Of a DNA stretch of 64,000 nucleotides, positions 1 to 10,824 are shown piece after piece. Positions within the stretch are counted from its first letter, which is position 1. Each line of letters begins with the position of its first letter. A program made the translations under genes and the position numbers. Below the pieces are notes generated by a model. The model saw nothing but the letters and a program-made list of their open reading frames with translations. It had not been told where the DNA came from and ran no database searches. Origin of the DNA: a bacterium (GTDB lineage Bacteria; DUMJ01); NCBI GenBank assembly GCA_012839925.1, contig DUMJ01000025.1:8797-72796 (forward strand), read 5' to 3'.

Positions 1-258
1 GATATAAATCCAACATCTGGGAAACAGGGAGATATGGTAACCGCGGTAGTTAAAGCCACTCCAGACACAAAGTCTGTTTATGGCAGGATCCCTGAGTATG
101 GATATATGCTTCAATTTCGAAAAGAGGGAGATGTCTTTAAATTGAGTATGCAGATCCCCTACGGAGCACCTCCTGGGGTATATATGGTCTCCGTATATGC
201 TGTAGATAACGAAGGTAACAGAGGCGAGGAGAAGAGGTTTAATTTTCAGGTCCTGTAA
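1..258 (+). CDS. 3' end of an uncharacterised protein (5' end outside window), beta-rich C-terminal domain
   Basis: Frame of the 34..258 ORF stays open back to base 1 (DINPTSGKQGD-MVTAVV...). Stop TAA at 256..258. No catalytic motif recognised. Confidence 0.45.
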   Translation, partial: DINPTSGKQGDMVTAVVKATPDTKSVYGRIPEYGYMLQFRKEGDVFKLSMQIPYGAPPGVYMVSVYAVDNEGNRGEEKRFNFQVL

Positions 259-982
259 ATTCAGATAAAGATATCCCAAGAGCCTTAAGGGATTGAAATA
301 TCTCTCCTGCTCTCTCTTCTTTTTTACATAATTCGATCTCTTTTCTGATTCTGGCAATCCCCACTGTCCTTAAGGCTCCATTCTCTATAGCCTCTTTCAT
401 AAGTCTTTCTGTATCTGAATCTATGCTAAATCCAAGTCTTATGCTAAACCTTACTGCTCTAAATATACGGGTAGGGTCATCTATAAAGCTCCTATTATGA
501 AGTACTCTGATCACTCTATTTGATAAATCTTTTAACCCTCCAAGAGGGTCAATTATATTTCCCGTTTTACCATCAGGATAGACAGGGATAGCCAGGGCGT
601 TTATAGTAAAATCTCTCCTGTATAAGTCTTCCTCGATAGTTCCAGGTTCTACAATGGGTAAAGCCCCAGGCTTGGGATATGTTTCCTTTCTGGCAATAGC
701 TATATCTATATGTTCAACAGGATCATAAGATGTCTCAAACTTGAATGTATAAAATCTCCTCAGTAATCTCCCCTTTTTATTAAGACTTTCAACGTATTCC
801 AGAAATTTTTCTACAGATGACTCAACCACCAAATCAACATCTTTTATCTCTAACCCCAGAAGAAGGTCCCTGAGTGTTCCACCCACCATATAGATGTGAA
901 CACCTTTTTTAAAGGCATTTTCCACACATAATCTTACATCAGGAATAGATAGAATAGACAAGAGGGTATCTTTCGACAGCAT
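239..982 (-). CDS. class II nucleotidyltransferase (CCA-adding / poly(A) polymerase family), head+neck region only, 247 aa
   Basis: Family motifs GGTLRDLLLG..KDVDLVV and RRDFTINALA. The ORF ends after about 247 aa. Confidence 0.7.
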   Translation of the reverse strand: MLSKDTLLSILSIPDVRLCVENAFKKGVHIYMVGGTLRDLLLGLEIKDVDLVVESSVEKFLEYVESLNKKGRLLRRFYTFKFETSYDPVEHIDIAIARKETYPKPGALPIVEPGTIEEDLYRRDFTINALAIPVYPDGKTGNIIDPLGGLKDLSNRVIRVLHNRSFIDDPTRIFRAVRFSIRLGFSIDSDTERLMKEAIENGALRTVGIARIRKEIELCKKEERAGEIFQSLKALGISLSEFTGPEN

Positions 983-2183
983 CTTTATTTATAGATATCG
1001 CCCTTTCTGTAAGTCTTAAACTGGATGATAACTTCTCTTCACTATTATAATATATCTCTAAAAGGACCTCTCCCTTTTCTACATAATCTCCCATCTTCTT
1101 TTTAAGAATTATTCCCACGTTGGGATCTATCCTGTCTTCTTTTCTATATCTCCCTGCCCCCAACGTTCTTACCGCCTCTCCTATAAGATATGCATCCAAT
1201 CTACCTATATATCCAGAATCTAATGCTATAAAATCATATCTTTTGGCAGATGGAGAAAGATTACTGATATCTCCACCCTGAGCCCTCACCATATCCAGGA
1301 ATTTATTAAATGCCATTCCATTTGAAAGGGAGTTTTTTAACAACTCTTTGGAGGCTATTGTCCCGGCGGTTTCTATAGCCAATTCTGTAAGGTCTTCAGG
1401 TCCGTTTCCTTTCAGAGTATCTATAGCTTCCAGTACCTCCAGAAGATTCCCAACAGCATTCCCCAGAGGCTGGTTCATATCTGATATTACGACGTTTATA
1501 CTTTTACCAAAGGTTTCTCCTATATCTTTAAGCCAGAGGGCAAGTTCTTCAGCGGTTTTTATATCTTTCATAAAAGCACCTGAACCAACCTTTACATCAA
1601 ATATAATCGTTTTAGCCCCTCCTGCTATCTTTTTACTCAATATACTGCTGGTAATAAGAGGAATACTCTCCACAGTTCCTGTAACATCTCTTAAGGAATA
1701 TATCTCCTTCTCTACCGGAACAAGTTCTTCTGTCTGACTTATTATGCTGCAGCCTATCTTTTCAACTAAAGATTTAAACTCATCTAAAGTCAAAGATGTC
1801 CTGAAATTAGGGATAGACTCAAGTTTATCTATCGTACCTCCAGTATGACCGAGCCCTCTACCAGAAAGTTTGGCTACCTTATATCCAAGAGACGCCAGAA
1901 GAGGAACAACGATAAGACTGAGTTTATCGCCAACCCCCCCTGTCGAATGCTTATCTATAACAGGAAATTCCCAGTCCAGAATCTTCCCGGTTGAAAGAAT
2001 GGCAGAGATCAGATTTACAGTCTCTTCTTTAGACAATCCTCTTATAAAAGAAGCCATAAGCCAGGCACTCATCTGATAATCAGTAATCTCTCTCTTATAG
2101 AAATTCTTTATAAAAAACTCTATCTCCTCTTTACTGAGACTCTTCCCATCCCTTTTTTTAATTATTATATCTATCGCATTCAT
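939..2183 (-). CDS. pdp: pyrimidine-nucleoside (thymidine) phosphorylase
   Basis: HSTGGVGDK and SGRGLGHTGGTIDKLE motifs. Start placed at ATG 2183 (MNAIDIII...), which makes an ATGA overlap with the punA stop. The track ORF extends to 2204. Confidence 0.9.
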   Translation of the reverse strand: MNAIDIIIKKRDGKSLSKEEIEFFIKNFYKREITDYQMSAWLMASFIRGLSKEETVNLISAILSTGKILDWEFPVIDKHSTGGVGDKLSLIVVPLLASLGYKVAKLSGRGLGHTGGTIDKLESIPNFRTSLTLDEFKSLVEKIGCSIISQTEELVPVEKEIYSLRDVTGTVESIPLITSSILSKKIAGGAKTIIFDVKVGSGAFMKDIKTAEELALWLKDIGETFGKSINVVISDMNQPLGNAVGNLLEVLEAIDTLKGNGPEDLTELAIETAGTIASKELLKNSLSNGMAFNKFLDMVRAQGGDISNLSPSAKRYDFIALDSGYIGRLDAYLIGEAVRTLGAGRYRKEDRIDPNVGIILKKKMGDYVEKGEVLLEIYYNSEEKLSSSLRLTERAISINKDAVERYPLVYSIYS

Positions 2184-2968
2184 ACATAGCCTCTCTTTAT
2201 CCATTCTCTCAATAAGATATCCAGCTTCTCACTTATCCTGTTTCCCATATCTAAAACCTCCTCATGTGTTAGAGGAGAAGTATCTTCTTTATGCACATTG
2301 GTGATACTTGAGAGCCCCAAAACCTCCATATTAAGGCTCCTGGCTCTTATCACCTCAAGAATAGTTGACATGCCAACAGCATCTCCACCAATAGTTCTGA
2401 AAAATCTTATCTCTGCAGGTGTCTCATATGTTGGTCCTTTCACACCTACATACACCCCCTCCTTTAATTCCAGACCAATCTCTTTTCCAATCCCCTTTAG
2501 CTGTTCTCTTAATCTATAAGAATAGGCATTCTTCATATCAACGAAGTTCGGTCCACCTATAAGAGGATTTTCTCCTGTAAGGTTTATATGGTCTGTTATA
2601 AGCATTATGTCTCCTGGCATAAATGTCTCTCTTATCCCCCCACTTGCGTTTGTTATGACCAGGATATCAACCCCTAAACCTTTAAGGATGTCAACAGGCA
2701 AGACGACATCTTTAGAAGAATATCCTTCATACAGGTGGTATCTGCCCCTCATAACTATAACCTCCTGATCTCCAACCTTAACGATGTCCATCCTCCCCCT
2801 ATGCCCGGGTACGGTAGAGAGAGGCATCCCAGGAATATCTCTATAATCTATAGAGAAGAGTGATTGTTCGCTGAATACTGATAATCCAGAACCTAAAATT
2901 ACCCCTATCTTCTGGTTAAAAAGATACCTGTCTTTTAAAAATTTAACTATCTCAGTTACCATTTCCAT
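2180..2968 (-). CDS. punA: purine nucleoside phosphorylase (trimeric PunA/PNP family)
   Basis: ILGSGLS, STVPGHRGRM, TNASGG, GPTYETPAE and VGMSTILEV family motifs. Confidence 0.88.
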   Translation of the reverse strand: MEMVTEIVKFLKDRYLFNQKIGVILGSGLSVFSEQSLFSIDYRDIPGMPLSTVPGHRGRMDIVKVGDQEVIVMRGRYHLYEGYSSKDVVLPVDILKGLGVDILVITNASGGIRETFMPGDIMLITDHINLTGENPLIGGPNFVDMKNAYSYRLREQLKGIGKEIGLELKEGVYVGVKGPTYETPAEIRFFRTIGGDAVGMSTILEVIRARSLNMEVLGLSSITNVHKEDTSPLTHEEVLDMGNRISEKLDILLREWIKRGYV

Positions 2969-3202
2969 ATATTCCTCCTTTTCTTATTATATCAGAAAAT
3001 ATATAACAGTTGACTGATCAGCTATAATTCAATGTGGAGACTTGTTTTGACTATGAAGTGGAGGAATTTTTTAAAGTTTTCCACAGTATGTTTTGGTGGT
3101 AGAAAAAATCAAACTTATCCACAGATAATAGATAAAATACTTTACCAGTCAGTGTTTATAGCAAACCACTAAAAGGAAAACCTGATGTGCTATAATAAAT
3201 TT

Positions 3203-3772
3203 ATGAGTACAGGATGGATAGAAGTGATATGCGGCAGTATGTTCAGTGGAAAAAGTGAGGAGCTTATAAGAAGGGTAAAAAGGGCTGAAATAGCCCGACA
3301 GAAGGTTCAAGTCTTTAAACCGGCTATAGATACCCGATATGAGGACAGAGAGGTTGTCTCTCACGACGGGAATAAAGTATCTGCTTATATGGTAGAAAAA
3401 GCTGAGGACATCATTGCGGAATTATTACCAGATGTGCAGGTGATAGCTATAGATGAAGGACAGTTCTTTGACAATAGTATAGTAGAGGTGTGTCAGACTC
3501 TGGCAGATAACGGTAAGAGAGTAATAGTAGCCGGATTAGACCAGGATTTCAGAGGTGAACCGTTTGGTCCTATGCCTGAGCTACTTGCAGTGGCAGAAAA
3601 AGTGGATAAACTTCAGGCTATATGTATTGTCTGTGGAGGTCCGGCAAGCAGGACTCAAAGGCTTATAAATGGAGAACCAGCGTACTATGATGATCCAACT
3701 ATACTTATTGGGGCAGAGGATGTCTATGAGGCCAGGTGTAGAGAGCATCATGTTGTAAGAAGGAGGAAATAA
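3203..3772 (+). CDS. tdk: thymidine kinase
   Basis: P-loop [11 protein letters not shown] and C-terminal Cys pairs (CIVCG ... CREHH). Likely start is ATG 3203 (MSTGWIEV); the track ORF starts at 3185. Confidence 0.9.
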   Translation: MSTGWIEVICGSMFSGKSEELIRRVKRAEIARQKVQVFKPAIDTRYEDREVVSHDGNKVSAYMVEKAEDIIAELLPDVQVIAIDEGQFFDNSIVEVCQTLADNGKRVIVAGLDQDFRGEPFGPMPELLAVAEKVDKLQAICIVCGGPASRTQRLINGEPAYYDDPTILIGAEDVYEARCREHHVVRRRK

Positions 3773-3773
3773 G

Positions 3774-4640
3774 ATGCAAATCGGTGGACAGGCAGTTATA
3801 GAGGGTATAATGATGAGAGGTCCAAATAGTTTCAGTGTAGCTGTGAGGACTCAAAATAATGAAGTGAAGGTTCATAAATCCAGTACAAAGAGTACATTGA
3901 ACAGCAAAATAAATAAGATTCCAATCTTAAGGGGTTTTATTTCACTTATAGATAGCCTGGTACTTGGAATAAAGGCTCTCAATATATCTGCAGAAGAATA
4001 TGGTGGCGAAGAGGTGAAACTTTCTAACCTGGATATCTTTATAGCTATGGTTATGGGGATAGGGTTAGGTATACTTCTCTTTATAGTCTTTCCTGCATTT
4101 ATAGCGAGAATCATACAGAATAGCATATCATCAGCCCTGGTGGTGAATATATTGGAAGGGCTGGTAAGGATAGGTGTATTTCTTGTATATATCTATTCAT
4201 TCTCTTTTATAAGAGATATAAGAAGAGTATTTGAATATCATGGGGCAGAGCATAAAGTCATATTCACTTATGAAAAGGGAGAACCTCTCACAGTAGAAAA
4301 TGCTGAAAAGAACAGCAGACTGCATCCAAGATGTGGAACAAATTTTTTACTCATAGTTATGGTCGTAAGTATACTGGTATTTTCTCTGCTTGGGAAACAG
4401 ACCCTACTGTGGAGAATAATATCAAGAATAATTCTGATCCCGGTAGTTGCTGGTATATCTTATGAGCTGATACGACTGGCGTCCAAATATAGCAACTCAA
4501 AGATTGCTAAAATTATTACAGCTCCGGGTCTGGCTCTTCAGTATCTCACAACACGGGAGCCGTCTCAGGATCAAATTGAGGTGGCTATCGAAGCGGTCAA
4601 GTCTATACTGGCACTGGAAGGTGTTCCTTATGTGGGATAA
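3774..4640 (+). CDS. DUF1385 family polytopic membrane protein (YqhQ-like)
   Basis: [14 protein letters not shown]-terminus, HGAEHK motif and several hydrophobic helices. Typical neighbour of prfA/prmC. Confidence 0.75.
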   Translation: MQIGGQAVIEGIMMRGPNSFSVAVRTQNNEVKVHKSSTKSTLNSKINKIPILRGFISLIDSLVLGIKALNISAEEYGGEEVKLSNLDIFIAMVMGIGLGILLFIVFPAFIARIIQNSISSALVVNILEGLVRIGVFLVYIYSFSFIRDIRRVFEYHGAEHKVIFTYEKGEPLTVENAEKNSRLHPRCGTNFLLIVMVVSILVFSLLGKQTLLWRIISRIILIPVVAGISYELIRLASKYSNSKIAKIITAPGLALQYLTTREPSQDQIEVAIEAVKSILALEGVPYVG

Positions 4641-5697
4641 ATTAGAAGAGATAGAGAGAAGATATATGGAGTTAGAAGAGTCACTGGCAAAACCTGATGT
4701 GATTGCCAATCAAGAGTTATTCCAGAGTCTTGCAAAGACGTATAACGAACTGGGAGATGTTGTCGGTATCTACAGGAGGTATAAACAGATAGATAAGGAA
4801 ATCTCTGATATCAAGTCTCTCCTAGATGACCCGGAGCTTGGTGGTATGGCAGAAGAAGAGTTAGAAAAGCTTGAGGGAGAGAAAGAAAAGCTGGAAGAAG
4901 AATTACGTATTAAACTACTTCCAAAAGACTATAGAGACGAGAGAAACGTCATAATGGAGATAAGAGCAGGAACTGGTGGAGAAGAGGCAGCTTTATTTGC
5001 CGGAGACCTCTTAAGGATGTATCTGAGATATGTAGAGCGCAAAGGATGGAAGGCTGAGATAATGAGCAGTAACCCCACTGACCTGGGAGGATACAAAGAG
5101 GTCATCGTATCAATCCAGGGAAGAGGTGTTTATAGCAGGCTAAAGTTCGAAAGTGGTGTCCACAGGGTCCAGAGGGTACCTGTAACTGAATCTGGAGGAA
5201 GGATACACACATCTACTGCTACAGTGGCTATACTGCCAGAAGCTACAGATGTCGAAGTGGAGATAAATCCTGATGAACTGAAGATAGATACATTCAGAGC
5301 TGGCGGACATGGTGGACAAAATGTCAATAAAGTTGAGAGCGCAGTAAGAATAACACATATCCCAACAGGGATAGTTGTAACCTGTCAGGATGAAAGGTCT
5401 CAGTATCAAAATAGAGAGAAAGCACTGAGGATACTGAGGGCTCATCTGCTGGAAATCAAAGAGAGAGAAAGAGAGAATGAAGAGGCTCAGCTCAGAAAGA
5501 GTCAGGTGGGTTCTGGTGAACGCAGTGAAAAGATAAGAACTTATAACTTCCCTCAAAATAGAGTAACCGATCATAGAATAGGGTTAACTCTATATAACCT
5601 TCAGGATGTCCTGGACGGAGCTCTGGACGAACTCATAGATGCACTTATAAGAGAATATCAGATAGAACAGTTAAATAATCTATCTCTGACCAGATGA
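4630..5697 (+). CDS. prfA: peptide chain release factor 1
   Basis: GGQ motif ([12 protein letters not shown]) and RF1-type PVT tripeptide. Start at ATG 4630 (MWDKLEEIE). The 4504..4629 part of the track ORF is out-of-frame readthrough of the DUF1385 gene. Confidence 0.95.
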   Translation: MWDKLEEIERRYMELEESLAKPDVIANQELFQSLAKTYNELGDVVGIYRRYKQIDKEISDIKSLLDDPELGGMAEEELEKLEGEKEKLEEELRIKLLPKDYRDERNVIMEIRAGTGGEEAALFAGDLLRMYLRYVERKGWKAEIMSSNPTDLGGYKEVIVSIQGRGVYSRLKFESGVHRVQRVPVTESGGRIHTSTATVAILPEATDVEVEINPDELKIDTFRAGGHGGQNVNKVESAVRITHIPTGIVVTCQDERSQYQNREKALRILRAHLLEIKERERENEEAQLRKSQVGSGERSEKIRTYNFPQNRVTDHRIGLTLYNLQDVLDGALDELIDALIREYQIEQLNNLSLTR

Positions 5698-6524
5698 AGC
5701 TGATAGATGCGTACAGAGAAACCATCAGATTATTCCGGGATAAGATACCAAACTTTCAACTTGAAGCTCTCCTTATACTTTCGCTGGTTCTGGATAAGCC
5801 CAAAGAGTATATCCTAGCCCATCAAGAATCAGAGTTATCTGAAGCAGAAGTAGAAAAGATAAGAGAACTTATAGATAAAAGATTATCAGGTATCCCGTAT
5901 GCGTATCTTAAAAAAGAGAAGGAATTTTTTGGAATCAGGTTCTCTGTCGAAGAAGGGGTTTTAATACCAAGACCAGAAACAGAAACTCTGGTGGAAATAG
6001 TTTTAAAAATGGGACCATTCACTAAAGGGTTAGACCTTTTCTGTGGAAGTGGTATTATAGGGCTAACTATTCTATACAGTAATGGATGTAAAGAATTCAC
6101 AGGGATAGATATATCTCAAAAATGCATAGATGTATCTATTGCAAATGCCAGCAGGTTGGGTTTAATAAACAGGACCAGGTTCATTATGGCTGATATAAGA
6201 AGTTTATCTTTGGAAGAGGACTTTGACCTGATAGTTGCAAATCCACCTTACATCCCTGACGATAGATGGAACGAACTGGATAGAGAAGTAAGAAGTGAAC
6301 CGAGAGAGGCGCTCCTGGGAGGAAAAGAGGGGTTAGATTTTTATCCTGAGATAGCAAAGGTCATATCTAAAAATTTAGTCAGGGAAGGAGTATTTGCAGT
6401 AGAGATAGGTGGAAAAGATCAGGTCGATAAGATAAGGCAGATATTCAAGGATTATAATATAATAAATGTAAACGTAGAGAATGACCTGAATGGCATACCG
6501 AGAGTAATCTGGGGTAGAATATAA
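5694..6524 (+). CDS. prmC: release-factor glutamine N5-methyltransferase
   Basis: NPPY motif (VANPPYIP) and SAM loop [10 protein letters not shown]. 4-nt overlap with prfA. Confidence 0.9.
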   Translation: MKLIDAYRETIRLFRDKIPNFQLEALLILSLVLDKPKEYILAHQESELSEAEVEKIRELIDKRLSGIPYAYLKKEKEFFGIRFSVEEGVLIPRPETETLVEIVLKMGPFTKGLDLFCGSGIIGLTILYSNGCKEFTGIDISQKCIDVSIANASRLGLINRTRFIMADIRSLSLEEDFDLIVANPPYIPDDRWNELDREVRSEPREALLGGKEGLDFYPEIAKVISKNLVREGVFAVEIGGKDQVDKIRQIFKDYNIINVNVENDLNGIPRVIWGRI

Positions 6525-6525
6525 T

Positions 6526-7164
6526 ATGTTTATATCAAAAGATGAGAAAGATATAGAAATTTTAGCTGAATTTATAAGAGAAGGAAAACTTGTTGCTTTC
6601 CCCACAGAGACCGTATATGGACTGGGAACCAACGCATCTATAAAAGAAAGTGTCTACAGAATATATGAAGTAAAAGGAAGAGGAGAGGAAAAACCGCTAA
6701 GTCTCCATATAGGGACACTCAGCAGATTAGAGGATCTTATTGAATTGGACCCTCTAACTAAAAGGTTACTGCTTCATTTCTTGCCTGGACCAATAAATAT
6801 AATAGTCAGGAAGAGAAAAAATACACTGGACTGGATAGGAAAGGGGGACACACTGGGTATAAGATTCCCTTCCCTCTTTATTTCCCAGAAACTCCTGAGG
6901 ATGGCTAATGTCCCTGTAGTTGCTACCAGTGCTAATCTATCTGGAAGAGAAGAACCAAGAAGTGCTGAAGATGTGATCAGGATGATTGGAGATAAAATTG
7001 ATGCCATCCTGGACTGGGGTCCTGTCCCTTTAGGTATACCATCCACAGTAGTGAGTATCCTTGAGCAGGATATAAACATTATAAGGGAAGGTCCCATACC
7101 AAGAGAAAAATTAGAGAGTATAATAGGAGAGATAAAAATAAAGACAAACCTGGAGGGATTATGA
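6526..7164 (+). CDS. tsaC: L-threonylcarbamoyladenylate synthase (YrdC/TsaC domain only)
   Basis: FPTETVYGLG and TSANLSG motifs. Confidence 0.85.
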   Translation: MFISKDEKDIEILAEFIREGKLVAFPTETVYGLGTNASIKESVYRIYEVKGRGEEKPLSLHIGTLSRLEDLIELDPLTKRLLLHFLPGPINIIVRKRKNTLDWIGKGDTLGIRFPSLFISQKLLRMANVPVVATSANLSGREEPRSAEDVIRMIGDKIDAILDWGPVPLGIPSTVVSILEQDINIIREGPIPREKLESIIGEIKIKTNLEGL

Positions 7165-7610
7165 AAGTTGCTATAGGAAGTGACCACGCTGGATTTCGGA
7201 TGAAGGAAGAGCTAAAAAATTATATAAAAACCTTAGATATAGAGGTGAAAGATCTTGGCTGTTACTCAGAAGATCCTGTGGATTATCCAGATATAGCAAG
7301 GGACGTTGCCATAAGTACAGTAAAGGGTGAAACTGATAGAGGGATACTTATATGTGGGACAGGGATAGGGATGAGTATAGCAGCCAATAAAATCAAGGGG
7401 ATAAGAGCAGCGGTTGGGAATGAAATTCTTTCTGTAAGATTTTCAAGAGAGCATAATAATGCCAATATACTCACATTAGGGGCGAGAATTATCGGGATTG
7501 AGGTGGCAAAAGAGGCTGTCAGGGTATTCTTGGAAACCTCTTTTCTGGGAGGAAGGCACCAGAGAAGGATAGAAAAAATAGGAGGAATGGAGGAATTAAG
7601 ATGTATCTAG
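7161..7610 (+). CDS. rpiB: ribose-5-phosphate isomerase B
   Basis: [12 protein letters not shown].. and [13 protein letters not shown] motifs. Confidence 0.9.
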   Translation: MKVAIGSDHAGFRMKEELKNYIKTLDIEVKDLGCYSEDPVDYPDIARDVAISTVKGETDRGILICGTGIGMSIAANKIKGIRAAVGNEILSVRFSREHNNANILTLGARIIGIEVAKEAVRVFLETSFLGGRHQRRIEKIGGMEELRCI

Positions 7611-8842
7611 AAGTGAGTGATCCTGAGATATATAATGCTATCAAAGGGGAAAGGATGAGGGAAGAAACAACCCTGGAGCTGATAGCCAGTGAGAATTTTA
7701 CCAGCCTGGCGGTACTGGAAGCCCAGGGTTCATTACTCACCAATAAGTATGCAGAGGGTTATCCAAAAAAGAGATACTACGGTGGATGCCAGTGGGTTGA
7801 CGTGGTAGAACAGTTGGCGATAGAAAGGGCTAAGACGCTTTTCAAGGCTGACCATGCTAACGTTCAACCACATTCAGGAAGTCAGGCTAATATGGCGGTC
7901 TACTTTGCAGTCCTAAACCCGGGAGATACCGTCATGGGGATGAATCTATCCCATGGTGGACATCTTACCCACGGAAGCCCTGTAAATATATCAGGTAAAT
8001 ATTTCAACTTTGTCTCTTACGGAGTAAATCCAGAGACAGAAACTATAGACTACGATCAGGTAAGGGATATTGCCAGGACAAACAGACCAAAACTTATAGT
8101 AACCGGAGCCAGTGCATATCCAAGAGTTATAAATTTCGAGATATTCTCACAGATAGCAAAAGAGGTGGATTCACCACTGATGGTTGATATGGCTCACATC
8201 GCAGGCTTAGTTGCTGCAGAGATTCACCCGAGCCCTGTTCCCTGGGCAGAATTCGTAACCACAACGACACATAAAACTCTCAGAGGTCCAAGGAGTGGAC
8301 TTATACTATGTAAGGCAGATTATGCAAAGGCGGTAGATAGAGCTATATTCCCCGGGACGCAGGGTGGACCTCTTATGCACATAATAGCGGCAAAGGCGGT
8401 GGCATTGAAAGAAGCTATGACTCCTGAATTCAGAGCATACCAGAACCAGATAGTAAAGAATGCCAGGACACTGGCAGAGCGTCTGGTAGAAAACGGATTG
8501 AGGCTTGTCTCGGGTGGAACAGACAACCATCTGATGCTGGTAGATGTAAGACCATCTGGTTTGACAGGAAAAGAGGCAGAAAAACTCCTGGAAGAGATTG
8601 GAATCACAGTAAATAAGAATGCTATTCCATTTGACCCACAACCACCAACAATTACGAGTGGCATCAGGATAGGCACCCCTGCAGTAACCACCAGGGGGAT
8701 GAAAGAGAACGAGATGAGAGAGATAGGCGATATAATATCTAAGTGTCTGAAAAAGGAAGAGGATAAAGAAAAATTAAAGGACAGGGTAAAAGCTCTATGT
8801 TCTGCTTTCCCATTATTCTATAAAAACATCGGAGCTGTATAG
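7601..8842 (+). CDS. glyA: serine hydroxymethyltransferase
   Basis: PLP-lysine region [12 protein letters not shown], with full-length family resemblance. Confidence 0.95.
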   Translation: MYLEVSDPEIYNAIKGERMREETTLELIASENFTSLAVLEAQGSLLTNKYAEGYPKKRYYGGCQWVDVVEQLAIERAKTLFKADHANVQPHSGSQANMAVYFAVLNPGDTVMGMNLSHGGHLTHGSPVNISGKYFNFVSYGVNPETETIDYDQVRDIARTNRPKLIVTGASAYPRVINFEIFSQIAKEVDSPLMVDMAHIAGLVAAEIHPSPVPWAEFVTTTTHKTLRGPRSGLILCKADYAKAVDRAIFPGTQGGPLMHIIAAKAVALKEAMTPEFRAYQNQIVKNARTLAERLVENGLRLVSGGTDNHLMLVDVRPSGLTGKEAEKLLEEIGITVNKNAIPFDPQPPTITSGIRIGTPAVTTRGMKENEMREIGDIISKCLKKEEDKEKLKDRVKALCSAFPLFYKNIGAV

Positions 8843-8850
8843 GAAAAGAG

Positions 8851-10758
8851 ATGAGTTTTCATAAGGCTTACAGAGTAAAGACTCTTCTCGTCTTTTTATT
8901 ATTACTAACTTTTATCCCTACTTTATCTGCTCAGAGCATCTATGACCAGATCTTTATAGCTCCGGGAGTAAATTATACTGTGAACAAAACAGAGAATCCA
9001 CCTCTGACTATCCATACGGTAGATATTGACCTTACAAGTCCATTTATTCAGCTGGAAACTGTTCTGGCAAAGGATTCTCTATTTAATAGAGAAATACTGA
9101 GTTCTATGGCTACCAGGAACAGTGCTGTAGTGGCTATAAATGGGGATTTCTTCGATCCAAATACCGGAAATATTATAAATCTTATGGTTAAAAATGGGGA
9201 GATTATTAGAGCCCCGATACCAAGAGGGGTCTTTGCAATCACAAAAGATAATCTCCCGGTAATATCCCTATTTACTCTGGGTATAGATATTGAGACTCAG
9301 TATGGAACTATAAAGGTAAATAATCTAAATATCCCCAGAGGAGGTAACGAGGCTGTTCTATTTACGGATAAATTTGGTAAAAATACTATGATCTCGAATA
9401 GTACTTTAGCTGGTATAGATGTAGAATTGTTAAACTTTTCTCAGCCTCTACCTCCATCCGGTATAATAACAGCAAGAATAGGAGAAGGTTATTATGGGGT
9501 TACTGCATCAACAATCCCTCAAAAAGGAGGAACACTATCCATTGGGGGTAAAGCCCTTTCATACCTTCCCTATCTTAAAAAAGGTGATACGGTCAGAATT
9601 ATAACAAGACTGAATCCATCTCTTGATATCATACAGGCAATAGGGGGAGGGGCTATTCTATTAAAAGATGGCAACATAGTTTTTGGCTCTACAGGAGAAC
9701 AACCTTTATCCAGAGAAGTAACAGACAAAAAGAATCCCCTTACTGTAGTAGCTATAGACAATAATAACAGGGTATATTTCATAATAGTTGACGGCAGAAA
9801 TAATCATAGCGATGGTATGACGTATTTAGAAATGGCACAATATTTAAAAAATATCGGGATGAAAGATGCCTTAGCTTTAGATGGGGGAGGGTCCAGCGAA
9901 TTAATAGTAAGAGATAAGATAATGAATTCTCCTTCAGATGGTAGAGAAAGAGCCATAGCAAATGCCCTTATAGTAAGGGCATCTTTACCTGCCGAAAGTC
10001 CCAGTATTCTTACCATCAGTCCCAGGAGGATAGTATTGAAAGAAGGAGAGGTCTACAGGTTCTCACCATTACTCCAGGATAAGTATGGAAACCTCTTCCC
10101 GATAGATTTAGAAAAAATAAAATGGTCTACTGATAATATTAATGGCTCTGTTACAAAAGATGGTACATTTTATGCTAATTCTTCTGGAAATAGCAGGGTT
10201 ATAGCCAGATTTAATGGGTTAGAAGCAATATCTGAGGTTTCTATTCTACCGGCAGATAGTAATCTAAGAAGATTAGAGGATTTTGAGAATAACCCTTTAA
10301 TCTCAATATCGGGTAGCGGATTTGATCCCGGCTCGACCAGGATATCTCTATCTAATTCCACCTATCTCAGTGGAAGAACATCTCTGAGATTAGATTATTC
10401 CCTTCTTGAGGGAATCCAAAGTTTTATATATATAAACCTCAATATACCTTTACCCAGGGAGAGTAAAAAACTTGGTTTCTTTCTCTATGGAGATAAAAGT
10501 GGTCACTGGATAAGGGGGATGTTCAGAGATAGCAATGGAAGGATCTGGGTTGGAAACTTTACCCCTGCTACTACCGGGATAGACTGGGAGGGATGGAAAT
10601 ATCTCGAGTTAGACCTATCATCTTTAGATATATTTGCAGGGGATAAAACTGCCAGGATTGAACCACCCCTTGAATTGCTCCAGCTATATATGGTCGAAAT
10701 AAAAGAGGAGAGGAAAAATCAGGGGACCATATACATAGACTCTATTCAGACCAGGTAA
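8851..10758 (+). CDS. secreted phosphodiester glycosidase (DUF2233/NAGPA-like) with Ig-like (Big_2-type) and C-terminal beta-sandwich-like domains
   Basis: Signal peptide (..TFIPTLSAQ), ALALDGGGSS motif, an Ig-like repeat around residues 385-465, and a C-terminal unknown region of about 170 aa. Confidence 0.65.
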   Translation: MSFHKAYRVKTLLVFLLLLTFIPTLSAQSIYDQIFIAPGVNYTVNKTENPPLTIHTVDIDLTSPFIQLETVLAKDSLFNREILSSMATRNSAVVAINGDFFDPNTGNIINLMVKNGEIIRAPIPRGVFAITKDNLPVISLFTLGIDIETQYGTIKVNNLNIPRGGNEAVLFTDKFGKNTMISNSTLAGIDVELLNFSQPLPPSGIITARIGEGYYGVTASTIPQKGGTLSIGGKALSYLPYLKKGDTVRIITRLNPSLDIIQAIGGGAILLKDGNIVFGSTGEQPLSREVTDKKNPLTVVAIDNNNRVYFIIVDGRNNHSDGMTYLEMAQYLKNIGMKDALALDGGGSSELIVRDKIMNSPSDGRERAIANALIVRASLPAESPSILTISPRRIVLKEGEVYRFSPLLQDKYGNLFPIDLEKIKWSTDNINGSVTKDGTFYANSSGNSRVIARFNGLEAISEVSILPADSNLRRLEDFENNPLISISGSGFDPGSTRISLSNSTYLSGRTSLRLDYSLLEGIQSFIYINLNIPLPRESKKLGFFLYGDKSGHWIRGMFRDSNGRIWVGNFTPATTGIDWEGWKYLELDLSSLDIFAGDKTARIEPPLELLQLYMVEIKEERKNQGTIYIDSIQTR

Positions 10759-10824
10759 GTTTAGTTATCATTTGAATTTCTTTGTAATGATGCACCAGTA
10801 AATTTTAAGAAAAGGAGTAAAAGA

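Noticed and set aside
2181-2204. 7-codon extension of the pdp ORF (MDKERLC) overlapping punA
   Set aside because: The internal ATG at 2183 gives the typical family N-terminus and a 4-nt ATGA coupling overlap with punA. The longer form is unnecessary.
3033-3128. Repeated TCCACAG motif (3080..3086, 3118..3124; inverted TGTGGA at 3033..3038) in the punA/tdk divergent region as an operator
   Set aside because: A shared 7-9-mer within a 200-nt region is close to chance expectation. It has no palindromic symmetry or clear positional relation to a promoter. Noted only.
4504-4629. 42-codon N-terminal extension of the prfA ORF in the track
   Set aside because: The extension is the 3' end of the DUF1385 gene read out of frame. 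RF1 homology starts at MWDKLEEIE (ATG 4630).
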